This document shows positions 1 through 11,578 of a stretch of DNA of 64,000 nucleotides, one piece after another. The translations under genes were made by a program, and so were the position numbers. Positions within the stretch are counted from its first letter, which is position 1; every line of letters starts with the position of its first letter. Source of the DNA: Rhodosorus marinus CCMP1338 (Eukaryota; Plantae; Rhodophyta); the NCBI GenBank assembly GCA_029953675.1, contig JAMWBK010000006.1, positions 2,046,001 to 2,110,000 on the forward strand, in the 5' to 3' direction. The notes under the pieces were generated by a model. That model did not search any database and was not told the origin of the DNA. It saw nothing but the letters and a program-made list of their open reading frames with translations.

Positions 1-61
1 AGGTGAGGGCAGAGACACCGGATGCTTACGACAAAAATCGACCCTCGTAAATATTATGTAG

Positions 62-1109
62 GTCATTGCTGATGCTGGTACGCCATGTATATCTGACCCG
101 GGTTGGCAAATCATTGACATTTGCCTTGAGAAAGGTGTTAAAGTCATTCCCATACCTGGAGTCACTGCAGCAACGGCGGCTTTGTCCGTAGCAGGTATGG
201 CAGTCTGTGCTTGAAGGACTGTGATTGCTCTACATCGCAATATAGGAAGCGACCCTTCTGAAAGTAGTTTCTTTGGTCCCCTTTTTGAAGGCTGCTCATC
301 TCAAATATACTCGTTTTTCGGCCTGATATCTAATCAAAAGAAGAAGCTGAAGAAGAAGTCATTCAAACTAATTCAACAATGCGATGAGGCCATTGTCCTG
401 TATGAATCGAAGCACAGGCTCGTGAAGACGTTAGAGGTAAGCAAATAGGCTTGTCAATGTTTAGAACAAGCGTTTAGACTGTGTATCAGAGGAAAGTGTC
501 AACACTAGCCTCAGAGAATACGCACGTTGAGCGAGAGCTTGGCTAACGCGCTTGGACTTTGAGCATGTTCCTTCTTGAGACCTCTCATTGGCGACAGGCA
601 TAACATCGAAAACCTGTCCTTCTGGAGCTCTTCTAATTGTATTGGCACTCTAATCGCAGATACTCTCGAAGATGAGGGGGTTTGAAAGTCGACCGGTAAC
701 GGTGGGCAAGGAGATAACCAAGATGCACGAAGAGATCCAGAGGTTTGAGAACTGCATGGAGGCTGGTTTACACTACGCCGAGCGCAAACCGAGAGGAGAG
801 TACACTTTGGTCATCTCGCCGAAGGAGAAGGCACAAGAAATTCAGATTGGTGAGCTGGACATGTACGAAAGGCAAGAGGAATTCAAAGAAGATTATGATG
901 CCGAGTACATGAACGCCATGGATATTTGTAAAGCACTTGTGGAAGACGGATGTCCAGCACAAACAGCGTGCAGAGTTCTAGCAAGGTTTAGCAAGCTCAA
1001 CAGGCGCCAGCTTTACAACGCCACAATATTATCGAACCAGAAAACCCGGTTGCCCGAGGAAGGGGAAGGGCAGGTTGGCAACGTGATCGACGTTGACTCA
1101 ATTGATTGA
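62..1109 (+). CDS. rsmI: RsmI-type rRNA small-subunit (cytidine-2'-O)-methyltransferase, tetrapyrrole methylase family; multi-exon, 5' end outside window
   Basis: Exon 62-194 reads VIADAGTPCISDPG...VIPIPGVTAATAALSVAG (DAGTPxISDPG and IPG motifs). Later exons give IVLYESKHRL and VGKEITKMHEE...RGEYTLVI. GT-AG introns at 3-61 and from 195. Confidence 0.85.
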
Positions 1110-1173
1110 ATTATTCTGAGCATAGGCACTTCAAAAAGCCATTTTTGTGTTGTACCCTATTGGGAGCTGACAC

Positions 1174-1957
1174 CTATAAGAAGCTCTCCCACTCGCTGAC
1201 GGGGCTTACTTTGTAGTATGCGGTGGTACTATCACCGTCCACCAGCGCCAGAATGACATCTTGCTTGTGTTCTTTTGCCCTACTAGAAGCGAACCTCGAA
1301 ATTCTTCATATCAGGCAAGATCAAATGATAAATGTCGAAATCACATCAGCCCCACATCCTGAAATTGCCATTCGGATGCATGCACCAGAATTCATTGCCT
1401 GCTTACTTCGCCAGAGGGACCTGCTCATCTGCTCTGAGAGGAACCACCCAACATGTCTGCACCCCACCGGGTGGATTTGATGCACGATCGTGTCTCCCTT
1501 GCAGCATTATCCTATTGAGAGTTTCATTACGGACAGGAATCGCCGCTTTCCATTTTCTCACCCGCAATAGATCGCTCCACACCTGAATTTTTTCAGAAAG
1601 GCAACAAAGAAGGCTGAGAAACGCGAAGCTAGGCCAAGTGGCAGCAGTCGCGTGTCATATGTTGCGCGAAGCGATTGCTAACATGAGAGTTTAGCGCATC
1701 ACTGATGAAAGACTGGAAGTACCTGATTACAAGACGAGAATGCTCACCTGGTAAACAAGCTCGGCTTCAATCTCAGACGCAGCCAATGTGTTTTTCAGTC
1801 GCTCAAAGTCATCTAGAGCTTCTTCAAAATTCGAAGCATTCCAGAATTGAATAAAACACAGCGCGTATTAGACACAAGACTTCCTCGGCCCGCGCACGGT
1901 CTGTGACCTCAACTCACTCGAGATTTCATCAACCCTCCTCCGCTTGCTTTCTGTCAT
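1174..1957 (-). CDS. SEN15: tRNA-splicing endonuclease subunit Sen15-like; about 4 exons, not in the ORF track
   Basis: Manual splicing gives MTESKRRRVDEIS|KALDDFERLKNTLAASEIEAELVYQ|VWSDLLRVRKW...CWVVPLRADEQVPLA|KISRF...DVILALVDGDSTTAYYKVSPVSEWESFL*. This matches the Sen15 hallmarks VYxVxxDL and LAxVDxDSTxxYY. ATG 1957, TAG 1174-1176. Confidence 0.65.
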
Positions 1958-2197
1958 TTTGTGTTTCCCAATCGACTAAAAGTTCGCAAATCAAGTTCTG
2001 AATGGAAACCCAGCAGCCTGCTGCTCAGCGCAAGACCCCTTGAATTCAATGAAACTCCTTGTACCATAGTGCCGAATCGGAAACTAGGAGAAGCTCTCAG
2101 TGCCCCCCCAGACCCTCGCTTCCTCACACAACCCAAAGGGTTGTTGACTGCCTGTTTATGTACCCCGTGGGCATTTCCTTTAATTAAAGAAAATTTT

Positions 2198-2387
2198 GGC
2201 CAACTGGAGTGGCCGCTGACACAAAAAAAGTTGATGTTCTCTTTTTCTTCAGCTATTTTATTTTTGATCGGGCCAAAACCCAGATGGCGAATGATACAGC
2301 GATTCTTCGCCTTGGGCCATGTAAAGTGGCCAAATGTTACATCTGCAATGTACAGGTTCTTCCTTTCGGGCGATGTAAAGTGGCCAA
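2198..2387. repeat. Four degenerate copies of a dyad GGCCA-N7-TGGCC motif
   Basis: Copies start at 2198, 2271 (N9 spacer), 2315 and 2369. ATGTAAAGTGGCCAA is exact at 2319-2333 and 2373-2387. Confidence 0.6.
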
Positions 2388-2617
2388 TGATCCCTCCGTC
2401 ATGGAAGAGCGGCTTTCGCTTTGGGCTATTCACAGTGGTAAATGAGACATCTTACATTCAATGTCTCTTGGCTGTAGGTAAAGCCTGGTGGGCGATGATC
2501 CCATAGCATTGTCGAGGAGACCTTTAGGATTTCAGGCTATCATCTGAGAATGTTGTTAACAGTAAGGCGTTGTCGTTGTCGTTATGAATGCCAGTAGCCA
2601 GGGCGTCTTGTGTGTGT

Positions 2618-4217
2618 CTACACGGCCAGGAAATCCCTTGCACCGTTCCGATCCATATCTGAGAGTTTCGCGTGTGTTTTCTTCTCCTCAGCTATGGCTT
2701 TCTCCTTCTCGAGCCCCACGACAAACTCTTGGAATACCTTGATGGCCTTGTTCAGATACTGGGATGGTTCACCTTCCTTCTGGCCCTTCACCACGTTGTT
2801 CACATCCTCAATCAAGTTCTCAATATGAGGCGCGTATTTTGCCGGCATGAACTGCTCACACTCTTCCGCTCGGAATGGAACGCAGACACGGCCTGTCCCG
2901 GGATGGACGCAGAACGGTCCTTTCAGAAGATGTCCGAGATCTCTGCTCACGTTGACATCCAGTCTTGGGTATGTGTAATGGAAGAGAATGTAGTCGGCCG
3001 TTTTCGTCTCGCTGTGCTTGATGAGGTCGTGCTTGACTCTTTCCCATTTGTCGGTTCCTGTACAGAATCGCCTATGATTCAGCCCAAGCTGAACCAGATG
3101 TCTGGACCAAGGGCCTGTCCAATGACTTACCAGACCAATTCTTCGAGGACGTGCTAGTTAGGCGATCCAGTAGCTGTTCACGCAGCGCAGGGTTGGGAAT
3201 GAACGACAGCATCTGCTTGATTCGCTGAGGAGTTGTCATCATACCCTGGTCCTTGAGGACGAACTAACGTATTGACGAACAAACGTGTCCACTGTCAAAC
3301 TGGACTCTCCGAATCTGGGCGAGGAGACAAATTTATGGAGAAGATGGCTTACCTCATTAAAAAGCGGTTCACAGACCTCACGTTTTGCTCGAGAAAGTGA
3401 AGGGTGAAGTGGGTTTGTGATGTCGTCAATTCTCCTCCCAGCGTTATCTTCGGAGACCATCTTCACTGATAAGTACGAAACTATCGCTGACCGCGCTTCA
3501 TTGGAAAGCGACCGAGCTCCTTGATCCGCCACCCAGCAATGGACTCCACGTCGGCCAGAATAGACCCAGAGAAGGTGCCGAAAACCAAAGTCCTCCCGCA
3601 GAGCCGTATCTACAATCTGTTCAATGGGAAAGAGCAACGAAGGCATGCGCTCTCAGATCAAAACTTCAAGCCTCACTTTGAGTACGTCTCCAGGGGTGGT
3701 GGCTAGAACCGTCCGTACCTGGACAGCCCCCGCAATATACTGCCAATTCCTATCACAGACGTCAACAGGATCGCCCTCCTTCAGGTCGCCCATCACGTCG
3801 TAGTAGTCAGTCATGTCAATATCTATCACGAGCTCCTGCGGACGAGAGGAGAAAGTACCATGGGCTCAGAAGCTTGCTCCTCACCCAAACCTGCCACATA
3901 TTCCGTACCTTTTCCAGAGGCACAAGCGAGGCTCCCACGTTCGCCCGCTCTTTAGGCGATATATTATAAACTGCGCCAATATCGATTTTGATCGGTGTCT
4001 GCTTCTTCAAGGTCTCCAGCAACTCGTCCGCATTCGCGAAGGACCGAAACCTCAGATAAACGTCACCGGGAAGTGTGAACGAAATTTCTCGCCGCGGGAA
4101 GTAGGATTCATCGCCGTACGACAGCCATCTATGAAACAGGTCAATTGGGAAATGCTTCGAATAATACCATCGCAACTGCGACTCGAATTCTCCCGCCGGG
4201 TTTCCCGTCGTCGCCAT
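2618..4217 (-). CDS. PRI1: DNA primase small (catalytic) subunit, multi-exon
   Basis: YFPRREISFTL...YLRFRSF, KIDIGAVYN, ELVIDIDMTDY, LLWVYSGRRGVHCWV, HLLKGPFCVHPGTGRVCVP. ATG 4217. Confidence 0.95.
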
Positions 4218-5275
4218 CGCAAAACCGACCCGAACACACACCAAGCTAAGCCCCCAACCGCGACCACCGAAACAAACCGTGAACTCAAAGCAAGGAAACG
4301 CTTCTAGGATAACGTCAAGATTCCTCGCTTCTATGTTCTGCCCGCCGGTAACGCTGAGTTCTCAGACTTGCAAAAGCAACCACAAATCAAACCAACCCCC
4401 AAGCTGATGACTAGCTTAACGTTTATAGCAGAAGGCATCAAAGTAACCCAACTCTGCCTTTTGCCTTCTACATGTGCTCATTGTTAAGCTCCCTGTTCGC
4501 TAAGGCACCACAACACAGAAGCAATCAATATTAGCGAAGAGGGACAAAAATATTCCAAAATTAGGTATGTATGTTTTATATAGACTGAGTTTAGGATGAC
4601 AGTTAACTTAGTTTTATAGATGAAACGCTGATTTGGTTATGGATATTTTTGCTTACATCCGTTAAGATGCTTCCCGCGAATATAGAACTTAATAAGGGCT
4701 CTTAATTGGGTTAGCTAATTTGAAAAGTGTATGCTTTATGAGAGCACCAAAAATTCTTGGTGTACAGGACAAATATTGCGCGTTTTTCTGATAATCAAGG
4801 ACCCCTTGGCGGGAGAAAACGTTTGGTGGTTGGGATGGAAGTGTTATTCCTACAATGAACCCCACAGAGGGGAGGCCTGTAGCCTACCCTTTCTACGCAA
4901 GAATCCAGGCATCCATGCCACCAGGGCCTTCAATACAGTCCTTGTTTTTCTTTCAACTGTATCACCCACCAGCTCGCAGTGCATACCCGGTGACCCCATG
5001 GTGTCATTCGGCGCTGATCCTCTGCAGCAGCCTCCGTGAGCCTCGCCACCTGTGAGGTCTTTGCATTGCGCGTTCTCCCCGAGCTACCATGTCGCCCACT
5101 AGAGATTAGCTTTCCTCCAGCAAACTGCTGCTGAACACGAATTCGGTTTCAGGGTCTGTACCAAGGGCCTTCTGCCACTAGGAAGCGAGGAGCGATAAAC
5201 TTCTGAGGCACATGATTAAAACATTTACAAAATACGAAAGCAACTCACAAACAAAATCTGTCATGCTGAAATTCT

Positions 5276-7591
5276 TCAATCCGCGAAAAAGACCTGACTA
5301 CTGAACAGAGTCATTTTCTCTTTCTTTTTCGGCTTTGCAGTCTCCGGGCTTCTAGGTGTTCCCCAAACACCTTGTGGTCGACCGCTGGAAGCGGATGCGT
5401 CACCGCCACCGAGTGCTGGATATTCTGCAGTTGACTGCCCTAAAGATGAGGATGATTCCCCCCCCTCAAGGTCCGGGTAGAAACCCATTTTTTTTGTGAT
5501 CATAGCATAGCTTGATGTCGTTGGACTTGGTGGTGAACCTGAAAACCAAACAAACGGGAGATAGTTTGGTGAAGCTCAGCATTGCGGTTTGATGAAACGC
5601 GTCTCAATTCTTCCAGTTGTCTCACCTCCATCGACTGGTGCCAGGTCTGAAACTTGATCGACTACGTTTCCTGCCGAGTTGCTTTCCGATGGGCTAGTTG
5701 GAGGCAAACTCAAACTCGGGAACGACGATACGTCGCTGATGTCTGCAGACTCAAAGGCAGTAAGAGGCAGTGGGGCTGAGTAGAGCCTCTGGTGGAGATA
5801 GTTAAACTCCTGCAACGTCAGAAACACGTCCTCTTAGCACTACTAGCATCGTTCTCAAACGGGTTCTGTTCCCGAGCATACCTCATATATCGCCGGAGAT
5901 TTGTTTTTACGATTCCTGCGCTCTCTTACAGCTTGCTTACGCCGATTAACCCTGCTGTTCCTCCGGGCAGTCAGATCTGGCCTGAAAGCTTCCAGAGTTT
6001 CCTCTTGGAGGACAGAGCTCAAGTCCATCTCGCACAAACCGAACTCGCTCCCGATGGGAAGATGTGAGAGGAACCGGTATCGCCTGCGTAGCTCCTCTGA
6101 CATCGTGTACCTCTCAATTTCCAATACCTGTCAAACAGAAAAGACCTTAGTACTCGTACAGCGAATGAAGAGATACCATTCATCGCCTCTCCTTACCTTG
6201 GCCTCGATAACCAGAGGGTAATCCCTGAAGCTCTCATGTTCGCGCGACAGGCACTTCACGTTGACTGGATGAAGATAAATATTTTCCCCTGTCGCGGCTT
6301 GATAAAGGAACTTCAGCGAATTGTCCGCATTGGAGTCGGCAGCATGAAAGGAGCCGGATTCCGCCGCATTGGGCTCTATGTCCGAAATCCGATTCACTTC
6401 CTCCTTGTCGCGCTTCACACCCTTCTTCTTGCCACTAGTAGATTTCAACAAGTGAAGCCTGCGTTTGACGTCTCTTCGCTTGCTACGGACTGATGCTTCT
6501 GCAACCTCTGCGAAAGCACTCATCTCCATCACATCCTCCGCCTCCGTCACGGACTTCCGGATCTGCACGAGTAGAACGAACGAGGGACAGACGTTAGCAG
6601 CCGAGCTTTTTACCTTCTCCCCGGCGAACCACAGAGCTTACCTCGTCGAGGTCCCTTTCCAACAATTTCAGATAGTGCTCATCGTTTGTAATATAGTATC
6701 TGGAGAATCCTACGTCCATAGGATCGTAGAGCGACAATTCAACTGAAGGGCTGGCGCTTAGGGGATCAAATCGGTCGACGACGGTGGACTCTCGGTCGCG
6801 CGCCAGAAGGTACATGACCTGCTCTGTATTCTCACAGAACGGTAGTATCTCCCGAAAATCCACAGACTTCAAGTCCTGGGTTTCAAAGTTTTCTGCACAC
6901 AGGGGACAGCGGCCGAAGCTACCAGATACATAGGACATGAGCTTGAGCACGCACAAGTAGCAGTAGATGTGTCCGCACGACGTCATTCTCGGCGAAAGGA
7001 GCGTATCCAGACATATAGGGCAGTTCTTCTCCTTCGACTGGGCATCAGAAAGGACGAGAACTATTTCGATAGAGTTCCAGCTCGCAAAGACGTCTGTCTG
7101 CAGGCCGGTTGAATGCATTTCTCCTCCGCGAGAAATGCAAAAACCAAAGTTGGCTTGCACAAACCTCTCTCTAGAAAATGGCACAGATTCATATCTGCTT
7201 GTCTTCTTCGACTGGTACCCTCTTCTCGAATTGTGACCATCGTGGTCTCCGAAGTCGGCTTCCATGTCTATCGAAAACGAAAAAGGAGGAAAATGTGAGG
7301 GTTAAAAACTTCACAGAAACGCAAAGTTAGTAAGCAAAACTACTTCAGCAGAAACTTACGCATAGCATTTTTCCTCGGCTTCGCCCTTCCTACGTTGAGA
7401 TGCCGCAACTCCGGAATTTCTCGACCGGAATTTCTTCTTCTGAAAGCTCGAGACGAGGACTGACCATTCTGCCGGCGGTCTGCACTCTTGTCTGGTGATT
7501 GCGCAACCCCCGCCTCTCCACTCCTATCTTGCGGTACAAATGGTTTTGCAGAAGCGCGTAGCTTCAATGCTCGCACGTCCGTTGGCTCCAT
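5276..7591 (-). CDS. RNF10: RNF10/Mag2-like C3HC4 RING E3 ubiquitin ligase, multi-exon
   Basis: RERFVQANF; CPICL...TSCGHIYCYLCV...CPLC; GENIYLHPVNVKCL; RRRYRFLSHLP; C-terminal KKKEKMTLFSS. These are the conserved blocks of the RNF10 family. Confidence 0.8.
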
Positions 7592-9229
7592 ACGTCGCAG
7601 CTGGTTGCGCGGTAGTTAAGTTCGACCCCTCACTTTCCATTATTGACCTTAGCACTCCATAATAGACTCCAAACAAAAAAAACAACTTATACAGATAGAG
7701 AGACCTCTTCCAATTCAAGCCAATCACCCGCCGAAAACACGCGTGGGCGAAGACCCAACTCCAAATCAACACACACCACCTCCACACGCAAAAAGCGCAA
7801 GGCAGTCCTCTACACGTTGACCGGACAGTCCAGATATCAAGTGTAACCAGCTGTAAACTAACCAAACCCCCTCCCAAAAGCCTCAACAGCTCCGAACCCT
7901 CCCCTCCCTTTCACCGTCTTCCTCCCCAAAACAAATCCGCTCAACCTCCCCAGCTCCCTCAAAAAAAGCAAAGCAACTCTCCAAGCCACATCAGCCTCTC
8001 TCCAACCTCCAGATTCTCTTACCTGACAAAGCGCCTCCACAGCACTGCCCTTCCACCTCCCTCAACACCTCATATATCTTCTCTAAGCAACCAGCCACAT
8101 AATTTTCTTCCAAGCTCCCTTTCCCACTAGCTCCCCGAAGAGCATCCGCAGAAGAAAAGAGCATCTCAGGCGCCAAACGAAAAACATTCAAAAAACGAAA
8201 AATATTCATGTTGAAGGTGACGCTTAGAGGCCAAACCCTAAAAATGAGAGGACAGGTCTCTCGATTCGCCCAAAAAAGCATCTCTAGCCTTCTAGAAATG
8301 TTGAAAATATTATATCCAAGCGAAAGTGACGCTTAGAAACCCAAAACCTGAAACCAGTGGCACATTTATAATTTTGTGCCTTAATGCTGTTTTTCATCTC
8401 TCAACCTAGCCTGGGTTGAAAATCAAGCTTACCCCCTTTTCATTCTAAAGCCACAACACGTATTCATATTATCAATAAATATTGTCAGATATTAATACCG
8501 ACCTAAAGACCAGGTAATGCATTCCCCCCCTTGCCACATGGAAAATCTGAAAGATGGAATGTGCTAAAATCTCAATTTCCGTATTGTGAATGCGAAATTA
8601 CGAATAAACGATCTGTTAGGACAGCTTGTTGATACCGTATTTTAGCAAGTTGGTGGAGCAGAAGGGGGGGGGGGGGAACTACATAGGGAGAACATTATAA
8701 GCTGGGGTTACTTAAAAGAGGTATTTTAGAAAGGAAGCTTAACATATAGGGGGGGGGGTAGAAAGCCAGAGATTGCCTAGAGCTAAATGGTGGGAACAGT
8801 TGTGGATGAATCTTCCTTTGTTCCGGTTATCGCAAAAACTTTTGAAAGTCCTTTGAGGAATTTATCGAAAATACGATTTGAATATATGAAATGAAATAAA
8901 TCTATTCTGCATAAATCCCATATCGTGTGATAATTGGTGAGTTTGAAGAAAAGATCGATATAATTTGGTTGTGATGAACGATGATTGGTCCGCAAGGGAA
9001 CAGGTGTTTCCTGCTAAACTCTGTTTGGGATAGTGATTGGTTTACATATGAGCTAAGACTTCTGGTTGGTTGTTATTGAGATCGAATCTTAGAAAAGTCG
9101 GACGAACTGGAATTTCAGTGAACTGGGAATTGCGAGGGGCTGTGTGCGTGCTTTGGGGAACATGGCATTCCGGAACCGAAAATACTGATAATATAATCAA
9201 CTATATAGTTTAATGATTGCTCGACAAGG

Positions 9230-9764
9230 GGGGAGAATTCCACAAGACTCGCAATCGTTACTTTGGACTGAGATCTTGGAGGTAAGGATTGAATGATTGA
9301 GTGGGGACTGTGACAGAGATGAAACCCGCGATTCGGACATGTCGGAAGCTCATTCTGCACTAGACCTCGAACTGAGAGTGAAGTCCCCAGGTAGACCTGA
9401 ATTTTTATTCTTGATCGGCCTTGGCTTGGTCCGCACATGATCACTTTGAATACAGCGCCATCGTCTGTTTCCATGCGCAGAAAGGCCGCGATGTGTTGCG
9501 AGGAGGAGTAGGGTTTTGTAAGTCACAGAGCGTTCAGCCACGCAGCGCCGTAGGGTTTTCAATGTTATCCTTTGTCCTGAGCCTACGTCCAAGCAGAATT
9601 TCAACCGCATTCCCTTCGCCTTTGAGTTCTTCGCTGAGAATGCCAGGCAACCGTTTGGGCACATTCGCTCTGCTTTGACTGGTATGTAGTGGCGATGTTG
9701 TACAGCTGTTTTCGGTCCAGGTACTTCGAAGAGTCGCTTCGTCCTTTCTGCAGGCTTAGCATAG
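9230..9764 (+). other. Probable spliced locus of unknown product, convergent on the next gene
   Basis: Three intron-like segments (GTAAGG..GACAG near 9290-9317, GTAGAC..TACAG near 9391-9455, GTATGT..CCAG near 9682-9720). One exon frame reads RRRVFNVILCPEP...HIRSALT|GTSKSRFVLSAGLA*. No consistent start-to-stop model found. Confidence 0.25.
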
Positions 9765-9802
9765 CTCTCCATTACCGTAGATTTTGGATCTCCATCGTTT
9801 CG

Positions 9803-10769
9803 TCAAGCAACGGTGTACTGCGAAACCAGATTTAAAAAATAGTCCCTAGCTAGGTAAGGGTGCTTTCCAATAAATCTGTGAGGCAAGACATAAATTGGTC
9901 AGTAGCTGGTCAAAAGCATTAAGGGCCTCCGATAATTGGTCTTGCTCACTCGTCAAGTTCTGGGATGTAGAGATCCGTCGCTCCGCTAATTGTCCGAAAT
10001 GACGACTTCTTGGAGAAAACGACCGTTATCGCACTTAGCCCGCATTGAAGCCCGTCAATGTTCTGCGACGTATTGGGAACATTGACGGTAATGCTACGTC
10101 CGCTTTCATCTGCAACGTGAACATCAAGTACATCTCCAACGCGAACGTCCTCAACCCTGCAAATGTGTGGCACTTCAGTCTTCTCGATCAGCACAGAATA
10201 CTACTATGTGTCGAGCAAATACCTTCCGGTGAATATCCCCGCGTACGGATACCGTCGGAGCTCTACGTTCTTCCTCGCGGCCGAAAACAAGGGTGCGAGT
10301 ATCGGGAAGAATGCGATAATGTGAAACAGCATAATCTGAATCCATCTGCAAGATGGTAGAAAACAACTTCCTTCAGTAACTTCCTCACTTTCGGCATACT
10401 GCGTTGAGTTCACGCACTAACCGTCCAACAATCCATCCGAAAAGAGCATTGAGTAGGAAGCCAACGATCATAACGGCGAAGCGTCTCCTGCGTTCCCTGG
10501 AGCAAAACAGAGTCCAAAACGAAGCGTTGCTTGCGGACTTCAGCAGAAGAATGAACCAAGCCCGAGGAAAGTCAGCGAGCATTCGCCTACTTTTTTCCCC
10601 CAAAGTTCTTTACATACTGCTTGAGGTTTGGCAGTGTTGGAACAAGAAGGGCAGTACTTCGTTCACCGAGCTCGAAAAGCTTGCAAACGGGCAATCTCCC
10701 ACATCGCCGCCTGTCCCGCTTCACAACCCGTCCTAGTCTAAGACCAGCTGTACTGACAAAACCGAGCAT
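9803..10769 (-). CDS. Plastid-targeted membrane protein of a conserved cyanobacterial family (from memory, often auto-annotated 'phosphate ABC transporter permease'); function unknown; 5 exons
   Basis: Spliced product: Arg-rich transit peptide, LLVPTLPNLKQY, two hydrophobic helices, AARKNVELRRYPYAGIFTGRV, VHVADESG, ATDLYIPELDEFIGKHPYLARDYF. Resembles the cyanobacterial motifs RNxxxRRYPYSGFWRGRV and SDIYIP...YPYLRRD. Confidence 0.6.
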
Positions 10770-11578
10770 GGCTTGTAACTTCAGACACTTCTCTTAATTA
10801 TGCAGAACCACGACAATACACCTCCTCGCATCGCGACGTACCTTTATTCTGCTTTACACATCATTTCATAACCACCTTTCAGAAGCGGCTTGAGTGATGT
10901 CCACCACTAGGTATTCTAGTCGGGTTCTTTGGGACAGCATCGGATCCAGGTGAAGATATATCTATTCCATGACAAAACGAGCGATAGGAAACCTGGCGAC
11001 CATTTTCAAGTACACTGGTCCGAATGGTGGTAGCTATAGTCGGTCGACTTCATTTCAGCTAGCGACTCTGCCAGTCCCTTCGACTCTGCTTTGACTTCAC
11101 CGGGAAGGACCTGTTGAGTACTTCTAGGTCCCAAGTTGTTTAAAAAACTTGGTTCATTACCAGAAGGGCTCACAGAACGTTACGTTTCATCAACCAAGTT
11201 TCTTAACGCATAGTTTCATCCACGACCTTCAGTACGTCTATAACTTCAATTTGGTTGAAGTGTATTTAATTAACTTACGCCAGTCCTCAAAACATGAAAT
11301 GTAATGAATTTGATTATATTGTATTTGCCGGTTGGGTGTGAGCACATTGATTGGCTTCTATTTATTAAATTGGCATTTATTATTATCTGTTAGCGTTTAT
11401 TTTTGCAACACAGCAAATTGTACTTAATTCCATCTCGCAGTGAATCTCATATGAACGCCGTGGCTTGTGAACCGAGATTAATGAAGACAGAGTGTGGGGC
11501 TGTTTGGTTGGAGATGCGTTGACTTTTATTTGCGGCAATCAGGTATTTTACTATTGATTTGTTCATCTGATTCGTGTC

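Noticed and set aside
11145-11201. 10-bp inverted repeat AAACTTGGTT/AACCAAGTTT
   Set aside because: Short and AT-rich, with no TSD or second copy, so compatible with chance.
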